DNA of 64,000 nt, from the NCBI RefSeq assembly GCF_009914755.1, contig NC_060938.1. One strand, 5' to 3'. The position numbers were made by a program, and so were the translations under genes. Under the pieces are notes generated by a model. That model saw only the letters and a list, made by a program, of their open reading frames with translations. It was not told the origin of the DNA and searched no databases. Each line of letters begins with the position of its first letter. Position 1 is the stretch's first letter. The DNA comes from the human T2T-CHM13v2.0 reference genome, Homo sapiens. Positions 28,383-64,000 of the stretch are shown here, in pieces.

Positions 28383-30594
28383 TATATTAGTCCAATTTCA
28401 TGCTGCTGTTAAAGACGTATCAGAGACTGGTTAATTTACAAAGAAAAAGAGGTTTAATGGACTCACAGTACCATGTGGCTGGGGAGGCCTCACAAATCAC
28501 GGTGGAAGGTGAAAGGCATGTCTTACATGGCAGCAGGCAAGAGAGAATGAGAGCCAAGCGAAAAGAGAAATCCCTTATAAAATCATCAGATCTTGTGAGA
28601 CTTATTCACTACCACAAGAACAGTATGTGGGAAACTGCCTCCGTGATTCAATTATCTCCCACTGGATCCCTCCCATAACACATGAGAATTATGGGAACTA
28701 TAATTCAAGATGAGATTTGGATGGGGACACAGCCAAACCATATCATTCCACCCCGGCCCCTCCCAAATCTCATGTCCTTACATTTCAAAACCAATCATGC
28801 CTTCCCAACAGTCCTCCAAAGTCTTAACTCAAAGTTCACAATCCAAAGTATCATCTGAGACAAGGCAAGTCCCTTCTGCCTATGACCCTGTAAAATCAAA
28901 ATCAAGTTAGTTACTTTCTAGATACAATGGGAGTACAGGCAATGGGTAAATATACCTGTTCCAAATGGGAGAAATTGGCCAAAACAAAGGGGCTGCAGGG
29001 CCCATGCAAGTCCAAAATCCAGCAGGGCAGTCAAATCTCAAAGCTCCAAAATGATCTCCTTTGACTCCATGTCTCACATCCAGGTCACGCTGACACAAGA
29101 GGTGGGTTCCCATGGTCTGGGGCAGCTCCATCCCTGTGGCTTTGCAGGGTACAGCCTCCTCCCCAGCTGCTTTCGTGGGCTAGCACTGAGTGCCTGAGGC
29201 TTTTCCAGGCACATGGTACAAACTGTCAGTGAATCTACCACTCTGGGGTCTGGAGGACGGTGGCCCTCTTCTCACAGCTCCACTAGACAGTGCCCCAGTG
29301 GGGACTCTGTGTGGGAGCTTCAACCCCACATTTCCCCCCAACATTGCCCTAGCAGAGGTTCTCCATGAGGGCCCCACCCCATAGCAGACTTCTGCCTGAA
29401 CATTCAGGAGTTTCCATACATCCTCTGAAATCCAGGCAGAGGTTCTCAAACCTCAGTTCTTGACTTCTGTGCACCCACAGGCTCAACATCACGTGTAAGC
29501 TGCCAAGGCTTGGGGCTTGCACCTTCTGAAGCGATGGCCCAAGCTGTACCTTGGCTCCTTTCAGCCACAGCTGGAGCAACTGGGGCACAGGGCACCAAGT
29601 CCCTACACTGCACACAGCAGGGGGGACCTGGGCCCTGCCTTCAAAACCATTTTTTCCTCCTAGGCCTCCAGGTCTGTGATGGGAGTGGCTGCTATGAAAA
29701 CCTCTGACATGCCCTGGAGACATTTTCCCCATTGTCTTGGTGATTTGGCTCCTCTTTATTTATGCAAATTTCTGTAGCCAGTTTGAATTTCTCCTCAAAA
29801 AATGGGTTTTTCTTTTCTATCGCCACTGTCAGGCTGCAAATTTTCCAAACTTTTATGCTCTGCTTCCCTTTTAAATGTAAGTTCCAATTTCAGATCATCT
29901 CTCTCAAATTCAAAGTTCCACAGATTTCTAGGGCAGGAGCAAAATGATTCCAGTCTCCTTGCTAAAGCATAACAAGAGTGACCTTTGCTCCAGTTCCCAA
30001 CAAATTCCTCATCTCCATCTGAGACCACCTCAGCCTGGATTTCAATGTCCATATCATCACCATTTTGTTCAAAGTCATTCAACAAGTCTCCAGGAAGTTT
30101 CAAACTTTCCCACATTTTCCTGTCTTCCTCTGAGCCCTCCAAACTGTTCTAACCTCTGCCTGTTACCCAGTTCCAAAGTTACTTCCATATTTTCAGGTAT
30201 CTTTACAGCACCGCCTCACTCCCAGTACCAATTTACTCTATTAGTCCATTTTCACACTGCTGATAAAGACATACTAGAGACTGGGTAACTTCTAAAGAAA
30301 AAAGGTTGAATGGACTCACAGTTCCACATGGCTGGGAGGCCTCACAACCATGTCAGAAGGCAAAAGGCATGTCTTACGTGGCAGCAGGCAAGAGACAATG
30401 AGAGCCAAGCGAAAGGGGAAATCCCTTATAAAATCAACAGATATTGTGAGACTTATTCACTACCATGAGAACAGTATGAGGGAAACCACCCCATGATTCA
30501 ATTATCTCCCACTGGATCCCTCCCACAACAATGGGAATTATGGGAGCTAAAATTCAAGGTGAGATTTGGGTGGGGACACAGCCAAACCATATCA
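28383..30594 (-). mobile_element. Complete THE1 (MaLR) element: LTR 28383-28745, internal region, LTR 30237-30594
   Basis: Two ~360-bp direct repeats ending ...gccaaaccatatca; 5-bp TSD aaaga at 28378-28382 and 30595-30599. Confidence 0.92.
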
Positions 30595-30689
30595 AAAGAT
30601 AATGAGTAGAGAATTAAACATGTTAAGTTTGGAGTGTCTACAGGATATCCAGGTGAATACATTCAAAAGGTACATAGAAATACATTTGT

Positions 30690-31980
30690 ATCACACGCAA
30701 AATGTAGTCCTTCGTGTGTAGCATTTTTTCACTTAGCATAATGGTTCTTAGATTCATACATGTTGTTACACATTTCGGTAGTTCACTCCTTTTTCCTGCA
30801 GAGTAGTACTCCATTAAATGGACATACTGCAATCTGTTTATCCATTCACCAGATGAAGGACATTTGGGTTACATCCAGTTTGGTGGTATCATAGATAAAG
30901 CTGCTATGAACATTAAGCTACAAGTCTGTGTAGGCACATGATTTCATTTCTCTTGGGTAAATATCTAAGAATGGGATTGCTGGGTCATATGGTAAGTATC
31001 TACTTAACTTACAAGAAACTGCCAAACCGTTTACCAAAGCGGCTGGACCACTTTGCATTTCCACCAGCAATGCACAAGAGGCAGGTTGCTCTATATCCAC
31101 CAACACTTGGTACTGTCTTAATGTTACCCATTCTAATAGGTGTGAAGTGGTATCTCACTGTGATTTTAATTTGCATTTCCCTAAGGACTAACAATATTGA
31201 GTATTTTTTTCATGTGTTTATTGGTTATTTGTATTAGTTTCTTTGAAGTATCTATTCAAATCTTTTCTTTTTTAAAAATCGAGCTGTTTGTCTTCTTACT
31301 ATTGAGTTGTAAGAGTTCTTTATACATTCTAAATGTGAACCCCGAATATCTGAGACAGGTCTCAGTTAATTTAGAAAGTTTATTTTGCCAAGGTTGAAGA
31401 CACACGCCCAGGACACGGCCTCATGAGGTCCTGACGACATGTGCCCAAGGTGGTTGGGGCACAGCTTGCTTTTATACATTTTAGGGAGACTTGAGACATC
31501 AATCAAGATGTATACTGGCTCAGTCCAGAAAGGCGGGACAACTTGGAGTAGGGAGGGGGGCTTCCAGGTGAGAAAAATGGTTGCATTATTTTGAGTTTCT
31601 GATTAGCCCTTCCAAAGAAGGCAATCAGATATGCATCTATCTCGGTAGGCAGGGGATGACTCTGAACAGAATGAGACACAGATTTGCCCTAAGCAGTTCC
31701 CAGCTTTACTTTTCCCTTTAGCTTAGTGATTTGGGGGCCCCAAGACTTATTTTCCTTTCACATAAATATAAGTCCTTTATTAGATAAACATTTTGCAAAT
31801 ATTTTCTGTGGCTTGCCTCTTCATTTTCTTAACAGAAAATACACTTTTTAAAGAGTACAAGTTTCTAACTTTGATGAAAGCCAACATAAATTTTTTCTTC
31901 ATAGTTTGTGGTTTTTGTGTTCTATTTTTTAAAACTCTGCCTAGCTCAAGGTCACAAAGATTTTCTCCTGGTTTTTTTCT
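30690..31980 (-). mobile_element. Old L1M 3' fragment (split by the MER4-like LTR)
   Basis: Decayed ORF2 C-terminal translations (REMQIKITVRYHFTPIRM; LPYDPAIPFLDIYPREMK). Confidence 0.8.
31334..31762 (-). mobile_element. Solo ERV1 LTR (MER4A-like) nested in an old L1M fragment
   Basis: TG...CA termini, 4-bp TSD taaa, MER4-type sequence gagacaggtctcagttaatttagaaagtttattttgccaagg. Confidence 0.8.
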
Positions 31981-32171
31981 AGAGGGTTATCTAAACGTTT
32001 CACAAGAGAAAATCCTCTCGTCAAATTTTTTAACAAGAACTTTTTAAAACTCCTGCATTCCATTTATCTCATAGTCATTAAGTTTTATTCCCTTTGTTTC
32101 TTTCAAATTCAATGCTGCACATTACCATGCACTATTTAAGTTACAGTCTTCTGTTGTTTTTTTTTTTTTGA

Positions 32172-32330
<159 letters not shown>

Positions 32331-34188
32331 TAGTAGAGACGGGGTTTCTCCATGTTGGTCAGGCTGGTCTCGAACTCCCGACCTCAGGTGATTCGCCCAC
32401 CTCAGCCTCCCTAAGTGCTGGGATTACAGGCGTGAGCCACCATGCCTGGCCCCAGTTATAGTCTATTTCTGAATTTGGAAAGATTTTAATATTTTAACAG
32501 ATTTTTCCTCTCTTCAATCTAGTAAATGGAATGCTTAAGTTTAGCCAAGGTTTTAGTCCCTCACTTCTCTCCAAATCCACATAAGACCTCTGCACCCCTG
32601 ATACTGGTTCTTAAAACAACAACTAAATTCCACAACCCAGAACATGCACCTTGAAGTTAAGCCAGGGACAATAAACTAGTTACCCTTCTGGCTTTAACGA
32701 GAGTCTTTTATAAGATCATGCCCACCTTACTGAGTCACTCTAACCTGTGATGAGACTGGAAAATGTTGTCCTATAATCACTCACTGGTTAAATTAAAATT
32801 TAGGCTTATAAAGGTTAAGCTAACCAAGACAAAAGTAATTCTGCATTTCTTAATTCAGTTTGGATTCTCTCTATTGCACCATTCTCTCTAAAACAAGCCA
32901 GAGTTCTTCAGACCCGTATTTCTTTTTGTATAGTATACACAAAGGCATAGCTTAGATTCAGCTGTCCCTGGAGTTGTTTGCCATTCATTCTCAGCACAGT
33001 TTAGAGAAAGCAGGAAAAAGGGATTCAAAGCTAATGTTGAGTATAACAGGGAAAACAAGAAGTGAGAATTTACCATTGCTCATTTTGTAACCTCATGGGG
33101 AGAAAAACAAAAGAGAAAACTGGCTCATCCATGTCACTGTCCCATTCTTAACCCTAAATCTAGAAAATACTAGCTTCAGTTTCCTCTTCCCTCCTATCTT
33201 GATGTGTTTTCTATATACAAAACTGACTCTGCTATGCCTGAGCCACAGAGGACAGGCCCCCATGTTCCCATCTCATGGCAGCTTTTATGCTTAGGTGACT
33301 TTGGACCACTGAATCTTGGCTATAACAGGAAGATTTTAAAAGTAATTCTTTGAACCTGACAAGCCGTCTCCCTCAATAAGTCTAGGAAGCTATTATTCCA
33401 TTAACTGCACCTGAAGTGGCAGGCACACAGCCAGATCTGCAGCCCAGTCGGGTGGAACTGGAATGGTCACACGTATACTTAAAAGCTAACTCTGCCTCTA
33501 CTACCATCCATTACTTTCAATTCTGTGCTTATTTTTAAGGAAAATAAATTATTTATATAATTGAAAGGAAAAACAATGTTAATTAAATGAGCATTTTGTA
33601 GTTAAGATTCCAAGAAGAAAAACTCAACTAGCCACAGAAATGGCACCCTAAGATAGCTGGATTTGAAGGAGAAACTCAACACTTACCTATTCAAAACAAA
33701 ATTTCTGTTGACCTAATAATCAGTTTTACCAAAGAAAGGTCTATTAATTTCTTCAAATGCATATTAAGAAGCGACCACATGCCAAGCAATATGTTGGACC
33801 CTAAAGATTCCAGAATGAGTAAAATATTCTCAACACTTTAGAAACATAAAAGCTTAGTAAAGAAGACAGACAAATAAATAATTACGTAGTTATACTTCCG
33901 TGTAGTAAAATCTATGAGGTGAGCATAGAGGGTATGGATGGATACCTTAATCAAGATCAGCTCTTAGCTTCTCAGGAAAGTTCACATCACCCTCCTGGAA
34001 GCAAAGTCAACTCTTCCATAGAGTTAACAATGCTTTGGGGGTCAAGGAATACAAAACACTACCTATGAAGTATTACTTATTCTCAGGGTCAATGACTCTC
34101 TTCAACACTCGTCAGAGGGGATTCTTGGACCACATACATAGCACAGAAAAAGCACTCACTGGAAATACCAACTTATTTATCAAAATTA

Positions 34189-35094
<906 letters not shown>

Positions 35095-38041
35095 TTACAC
35101 ATGATCTAACTGGAATGTGGTATTCTAGATTCAGTTTGGGTATAGAAAAAGGAAATTAGTGGAGAAACTTGTGAAATCCAAATAAAGTCTATAGTTTAGT
35201 AATAGTATTGTACCAATGTTAATTTCTTAGATGTGACAGTATGTGCCATGGTTATGTAAGAAGTTAACATTAGGAGACACCGGTGAAAGGTATACAGGAA
35301 TACTCTGTACTATCTTTGCAACTTTTTTATAAATTTAAAATTATTCCACAATTTAAAACAATTTAATTACAGATGGTGCTCCCCTTTACATTCTCACTCC
35401 CCCTTAGAATTCTAATCATGTCTCCCTAATCATTGCCCCAATTCAGGTAATGCCAGCCTAAAACTTTTTAAATATCTTTTTTAACCCCTTTCTATGAACT
35501 GTTTGCACAGCCCACCTGGGATTTCTTCTTTACCAAGACATGAAAAACTAGATCACACTTGGGAAGTTTTAACTGTTTTCTGTTCCTAATAGGTTTACCA
35601 TATATACCGGGGGTACCTTGAATTTGAACTTCCCAAAGCGGACAAGAGAGGGGTTAAAATAACATGCTCTGGGTCTCTGGATAAAAGCAAGGGGACATTA
35701 CAGAAAATATGTTGTATATTAATAAATTATCTAATCTCTGGCCAAAAAGTACAATATATAGAAAATCAATTAACAGATGTTAACTATTGGCATCTCAACA
35801 GTAACAAGCTGCACTGAAATAAATGCCTTCGCTCTGAAAAACATGATGCAAATTGCTCAACTATTCAAGATAACAAAAACTCATAAAATCATATGGAACC
35901 GTTCAATTAGACTAAATGACAAAACATGTATCTACCATGACTATTTAGTTTCTAATAGCTAAGTGAATACCCATCTTTCTCTATAAACCCTATCTTGTAG
36001 AACAGTCTTCAAAAGAGCCACCAGGAAAACATCACTATGGTGCTGTAACACCATATCAACAGCTCAGGCATGCGTGTGTGTACACACACATACATACACA
36101 CAAACTGCAATAAGGTTAAACAACCTCAAAAGTTTGAAAACTACTATATGAAAGAACATTAGTGAAGGCTAAGCATTCAGAACCCTTCAAAGAAAAAGAA
36201 ACCAAAGAAAAATAACTGAAATTTAAACCCAAGTTAGTTAATAGCTAAAGTCATTTAAAAGGTAAAACGGTCAGGCACAGTGGCTCATGCCTCTTCTCCC
36301 AGCTACTCAGGAAGCTGAGGTGGGAGGATGGCTTGAGGCCAGGAGTTCAAGATCAGCCTGGGCAACATAGCAAGATCTAATAAATAATAAATAAAAGGTA
36401 AAATGATACACTAGAGTCCATTAAGGTCATAAAATCTGATCTATTACATGGTACTAATATGTTGATAGTATTAAATAAATATTACACAACAGTACTCTGA
36501 CCTGGACCACTTACAGAAAGATGAACAAGAAGAGTAATTCCTCTAAAATATTTCAACTCCCACATCTCTATTCAGCCACCAACCATACTTTACCTATTTA
36601 CAAGTCTTTCTGTAATACAGGACTGTGGTGAGATTGCCCAGGACAGAATGGGCCCTCAATAAATGCTTTCTGAATGAATGACCAAGCGGCAGTAATCTAT
36701 CTCTGAGGTATTCTTACAAACCAATTCAATATCAAGACCTCAGAAGCAGAACATGCTGTATGCCATGCTACCACATTTAGGGGCAGGCAAGTTAATTGAA
36801 AAATAATTAACAGCGACTAATGTTTGTTGGGAGAAAAAAAGTCCTATCATGTAAGTCAGAAAAATAAATGTAAAAACTATAACTTGAAAATGGACAAAAA
36901 AGTGAATCTACTTATAACTTTCTAACATTGAAATACAAGATGTTCTTTAAGGAGTCTTTCATTATCCAGAATAATTTTACAAAGAAATTTGATACCAACT
37001 TAAATTAGTAAGTTAGACCAATTAGTGAATGGAATGAAGTCCAAGCCCAATTATGTGTTCAAACTGTGTGTCCAATGCCTTGGGTGATTTTTTCTCTTCA
37101 AGACTGCAGAAAAATGCAAAACAACCCTCTTGACTGCTGAGAAGGACTAAAATCATTTCTTTTCCTCACAAGTATGTGCCCAAAAGCAATTACTTTCTGC
37201 TCCCATCCATCACAAATCAACACTACCTCCCAGCTTCGCATCCCCCACTTTCCATCCCCATCAAAGAATGCTGTAGAGTATCTGACCACTTTCATTTCAC
37301 GCTATAAGAACCTCAGATTGCAATAAAATTACAATGCAACAAAAACAAATTTTTCTAAGTATGTTCTTATCCCCCATGGTGTTCCTACACTAATTTAGCT
37401 CCCTATTAGGTATTAACAATCAAGGAAATCAGAACACTCTCAATAGAGGTTACAATAGAAATTACAAATGGCCTTTTTTTAAGTTGTTGTTGTTCATGGA
37501 TTCCAAAATTCAAAGTACACATTACCAGAAGAGCGTTTTTCTGTCAGTGCCTAAATTTAAATGCAAATTACTATTTAATGATATGCAATTTTCCCTCTGA
37601 ACCTATATATAATACTAATGAGTCAAATGTTTAAGAAGAATAACTGACCATGTTATTTTAGCTTTTAGACAATAAAAAGCTTATTGTCTAATCACCAAGA
37701 GATACATCAAAAAACTGGTTGCTATTAGCTCTACACATGAATGGCAGCTTGACAGAGACAAGCTGCTCCAGAAAGATTAGGAACTTCTAGTGACCACAAA
37801 TGGGGTAAAGCAGAAGGCACATACAGTATCTGTAGCTACCATTTCTACATCAAAAATTCAGTGCCCACAGATATGTAAACTATTAAGCCATCTAAATGAA
37901 TGTGTGCCTGAAAGAGAAAGGAGAAGCAGAAAAAGTTTACACCCAAATCAACAGAAGAAATCACCCTGCGATTGAGCATCCCAGGACCTGAAAACTTAAT
38001 GTTTTGAGGTTTATGAACACGTTCAAGTTCCAGTGCAACTA

Positions 38042-38718
<677 letters not shown>

Positions 38719-39056
38719 TCAAGTTGGAAGACACACAATGGTAACAACAGAAAACACTCTGAGTAGTCTGGTTTACACTCTTCTAGGGACCTCGCATGTT
38801 AACTATGAATAAACATAAGTCCTGATAACATCCCAATAAAAGAGTGCTACTATGATTATCTCCATTTTACAGATAAAGAAACTGAGATGCAGATAGATTA
38901 ACTCACCCAATGTCATGGCGAGTTATAAGGCAGAGCAAGGATTTTAACCCCATCAGTCAGACTCCAAAGTTCGTGTTAAACAATAAACGTGTTTTCATCA
39001 TAAGGGTTATACAATGGTCACCTTCTTTTTTAAACCTGATAACATATTTTACTTCC

Positions 39057-39210
39057 AACTCTAGGATAGCATCATGCAATAAGAAAAGTATGACAGAGGT
39101 ACCTATTCCGTTCCCAGCTTGATCAGTAGCTGGAGAATGGAAGACAAAGTGCAAAAAAAAAAAAAAAAAAAAAAAAAAGAAAAAAAAAGAAAGAAAAAGA
39201 AAAAAAGAAA
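39057..39210 (+). pseudogene. Degenerate SNORA7 (H/ACA snoRNA) retrocopy with poly(A) tail
   Basis: 39091-39152 tgacagaggtacctattccgttcccagcttgatcagtagctggagaatggaagacaaagtgc resembles the SNORA7 3' hairpin (from recall); A-rich tail 39153-39210. Confidence 0.75.
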
Positions 39211-40029
39211 TACAAGTACAGACTTTGGAATCACGAGACTCAAACAGACCCCTGAACAAAGTCTGGGGCTCAATTTCCCCATATGTAAAATAAAAGAATT
39301 TATGTTATTGAGAAGGTCAAAGAAGGTAATATGAATAAAGTGACAAGTACAGTATACAGGATGGGGGTTTTCATTTAAAGTTTACAGACACCCAGAGGGT
39401 CCACGGATGGGCTTCAGAGTCCACCAATCTCATTAAGTGTATTACAAACTGTATGTGTGCCCATTTTTTAAAGAATTGTTCCTGGCTTTCCACAAACTTT
39501 CAAGAAATAAGTTATCTCCAAAAAGTTAAGAACCACTGGAATACATAGCAGGTACTCAAAGAAAAAAGCTACCTTTCGCTCCTTGTTCTCACAAATTCTC
39601 CCTTTTTACTTAAAGATGACACACCAAGGCTTCACAATAAATGTGCATTGTATCTCACCATTTTCTTGGCTTGGGTAAGTAGTAACATATGCAAGCTTAT
39701 GCCCCAATTCTCTAGCGATAGTCTAGGCCCTCAAACACTGCTTCATTTCTCTCTTCACCGAGAGGAGTACACGGTATATACTCGAGAACAATCATCCACC
39801 TAGCTGCACAAAGCACCATATCGGCTAGGAAAACCAAATAGGAACCACAGCCTCAGGGCTGGACCATAGACACCGGATACCCCAACGCTACAGGGTGAGG
39901 AGAATGTGTTCCCCCAAACTACTGGGCAAACCAGGAGTCTGAACCCCCCTACCCTTTTCCTCCCTCTCTCTCTGGAACTCTGGTAAAGGCAGGTCTTCTG
40001 GGCTCTGCCTAAGGCTGGAGAGAAACGTT

Positions 40030-40296
40030 ACCCGAGCCGGGGGTTGCAGCGCGACGAAGTTCCACCTCCGCTGTCCTGGGAAGGGGCGGCAGCACTCAGC
40101 AGAAGACGGGCTCCCCACTCTCCCACCAACAGACCCCAGAGTTGGTCTCCACCCGGCCTGGGAACCGGCTCGGGGGATTGCCCTTTCCCCAAGGAGTTTC
40201 CGCTTCCGGGCTATCCTTTGCCGGAAGCAGTATGTGAATGACGTAGAAGTATTGCGCCGTTGGTGATTACGGAAGAACCAGGAGTTTGGCGTGACC

Positions 40297-40300
<4 letters not shown>
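40030..40300. promoter_or_regulatory. Bidirectional TATA-less CpG promoter of AREL1/FCF1 with inverted ETS/GABP sites and a CRE-like site
   Basis: gcttccgg 40202-40209 and ccggaagc 40221-40228 (inverted pair); cggaag near 40270; TGACGT 40239-40244; divergent first exons on either side. Confidence 0.85.
40032..40200 (-). other. AREL1: AREL1 non-coding exon 1 (TSS approximate)
   Basis: GC/CpG-rich segment ending in donor CGG|gtaacg; contains no ATG. Confidence 0.75.
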
Positions 40301-62031
<21,731 letters not shown>

Positions 62032-62101
62032 TTCTTACAAGACACAGTTCCTCTGCCTTTCTTCGACCAACTTTCTCTTGTTGCCAGTTCATTACACAAA
62101 A

Positions 62102-62567
62102 TGTAGCGGGATTTTTAAGGAATCAGAGAGACTGATGGAGTTCAGGGAGATATTTATTATTTAGGTGCACCAGCCCAGTCAGATTAACATCCAAAGGACT
62201 GAACCCTGAACAGAGTTAAGTTACCTTTTAAGCATTTTGTGGGGCCGCGGGGGTTGGGGGGAATCTGTGCAGGGGGAAGCATATTACAGAAGCAAGAAAG
62301 ACAGTTATTCAATTAACTGAGACATGCATTACATCATTTCTTACTTTTCAAGGAAAATCATGTTTTACGACTTGAGTTTATCTGTCTAGTTACCTTGCAG
62401 CTGCACAGCTAGAGAAACAGGGTATTTACAATGCCTGGGAAAGGAGGAGAGATAAGGCTCACTAGCCACAGAAAAACAGGCAGTTAATTTTTAAAGGACT
62501 CCAGCTCTTTCTCTTTCTCACGGGGAATTGGATTTTCTTACATGCAACTGAATTTCTGCTTACACAT
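62102..62567 (-). mobile_element. LTR-like element (probably ERV1 class, family not assigned) in the FCF1 3' UTR
   Basis: ~450 bp with TG/CA termini and a - strand AATAAA about 50 nt from its end; no clear TSD. Confidence 0.55.
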
Positions 62568-62670
62568 TTTTAAATTTCTTTTAATTGCTTTTCCAATGCA
62601 ATAGCATGAATTATTATTCTGTTGACCTATTTGCCTTACTATGAGCTGAGGGTAGTTCAATATGCTCACT

Positions 62671-63792
<1,122 letters not shown>

Positions 63793-64000
63793 TTTTTGTT
63801 GCGTCTTTTTAGAAATCAGATATTCTGATGATTGCTCACATAATTTGGCGGTCATTGTTTTATACTGACTTACTCAATAAACATTTATTAAATGTATACT
63901 AGGTGCTTAATAAGAGATGGTCCTGCCCTCAAGACACTCATTATGGTGGGAAAGAAAAACATGTAAATGAATAAATGCCGTAAAATAGCAGTGCTAGGGT

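Noticed and set aside
28907-30288. Several ORFs of 61-127 aa
   Set aside because: Fragments of the decayed THE1 internal region
40232-40246. ATG-TGA and ATG-ACG-TAG mini-uORFs upstream of FCF1
   Set aside because: They overlap the CRE-like promoter motif and may lie upstream of the TSS, which cannot be fixed from sequence alone

Overview
Human-type (primate) genomic DNA, repeat-dense, holding two head-to-head genes that share a very short bidirectional promoter at about 40.0-40.3 kb. On the - strand is the 5' half of AREL1 (KIAA0317, HECT-type E3 ubiquitin ligase): two non-coding exons and nine coding exons. They splice in frame to about 455 N-terminal residues, and the gene runs off the left edge before the HECT domain. 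On the + strand is the complete FCF1/UTP24 gene (PIN-domain pre-rRNA endonuclease; 8 exons, 198 aa) with a 3' UTR built almost entirely from transposable elements. The introns hold dozens of Alus, a 3.5-kb 5'-truncated L1PA, a complete THE1 (MaLR) provirus, solo LTRs, a MER6 DNA transposon, a CR1/L3 relic, a tailless U2 retropseudogene and a SNORA7 retrocopy. I found no novel protein-coding system; almost all ORF-track entries are Alu/L1/LTR artefacts. The best candidates for undescribed biology are: (i) a three-uORF cascade in the AREL1 leader ahead of a weak-context main AUG; (ii) a 53-nt inverted, apparently locally templated copy of a MER6 segment; (iii) a sense-oriented THE1 with DUX4 motifs upstream of all AREL1 coding exons; (iv) inverted Alus, a G4 and an L1-derived poly(A) signal in the FCF1 3' UTR. 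Gene and repeat-family names are from recall, not from database searches.
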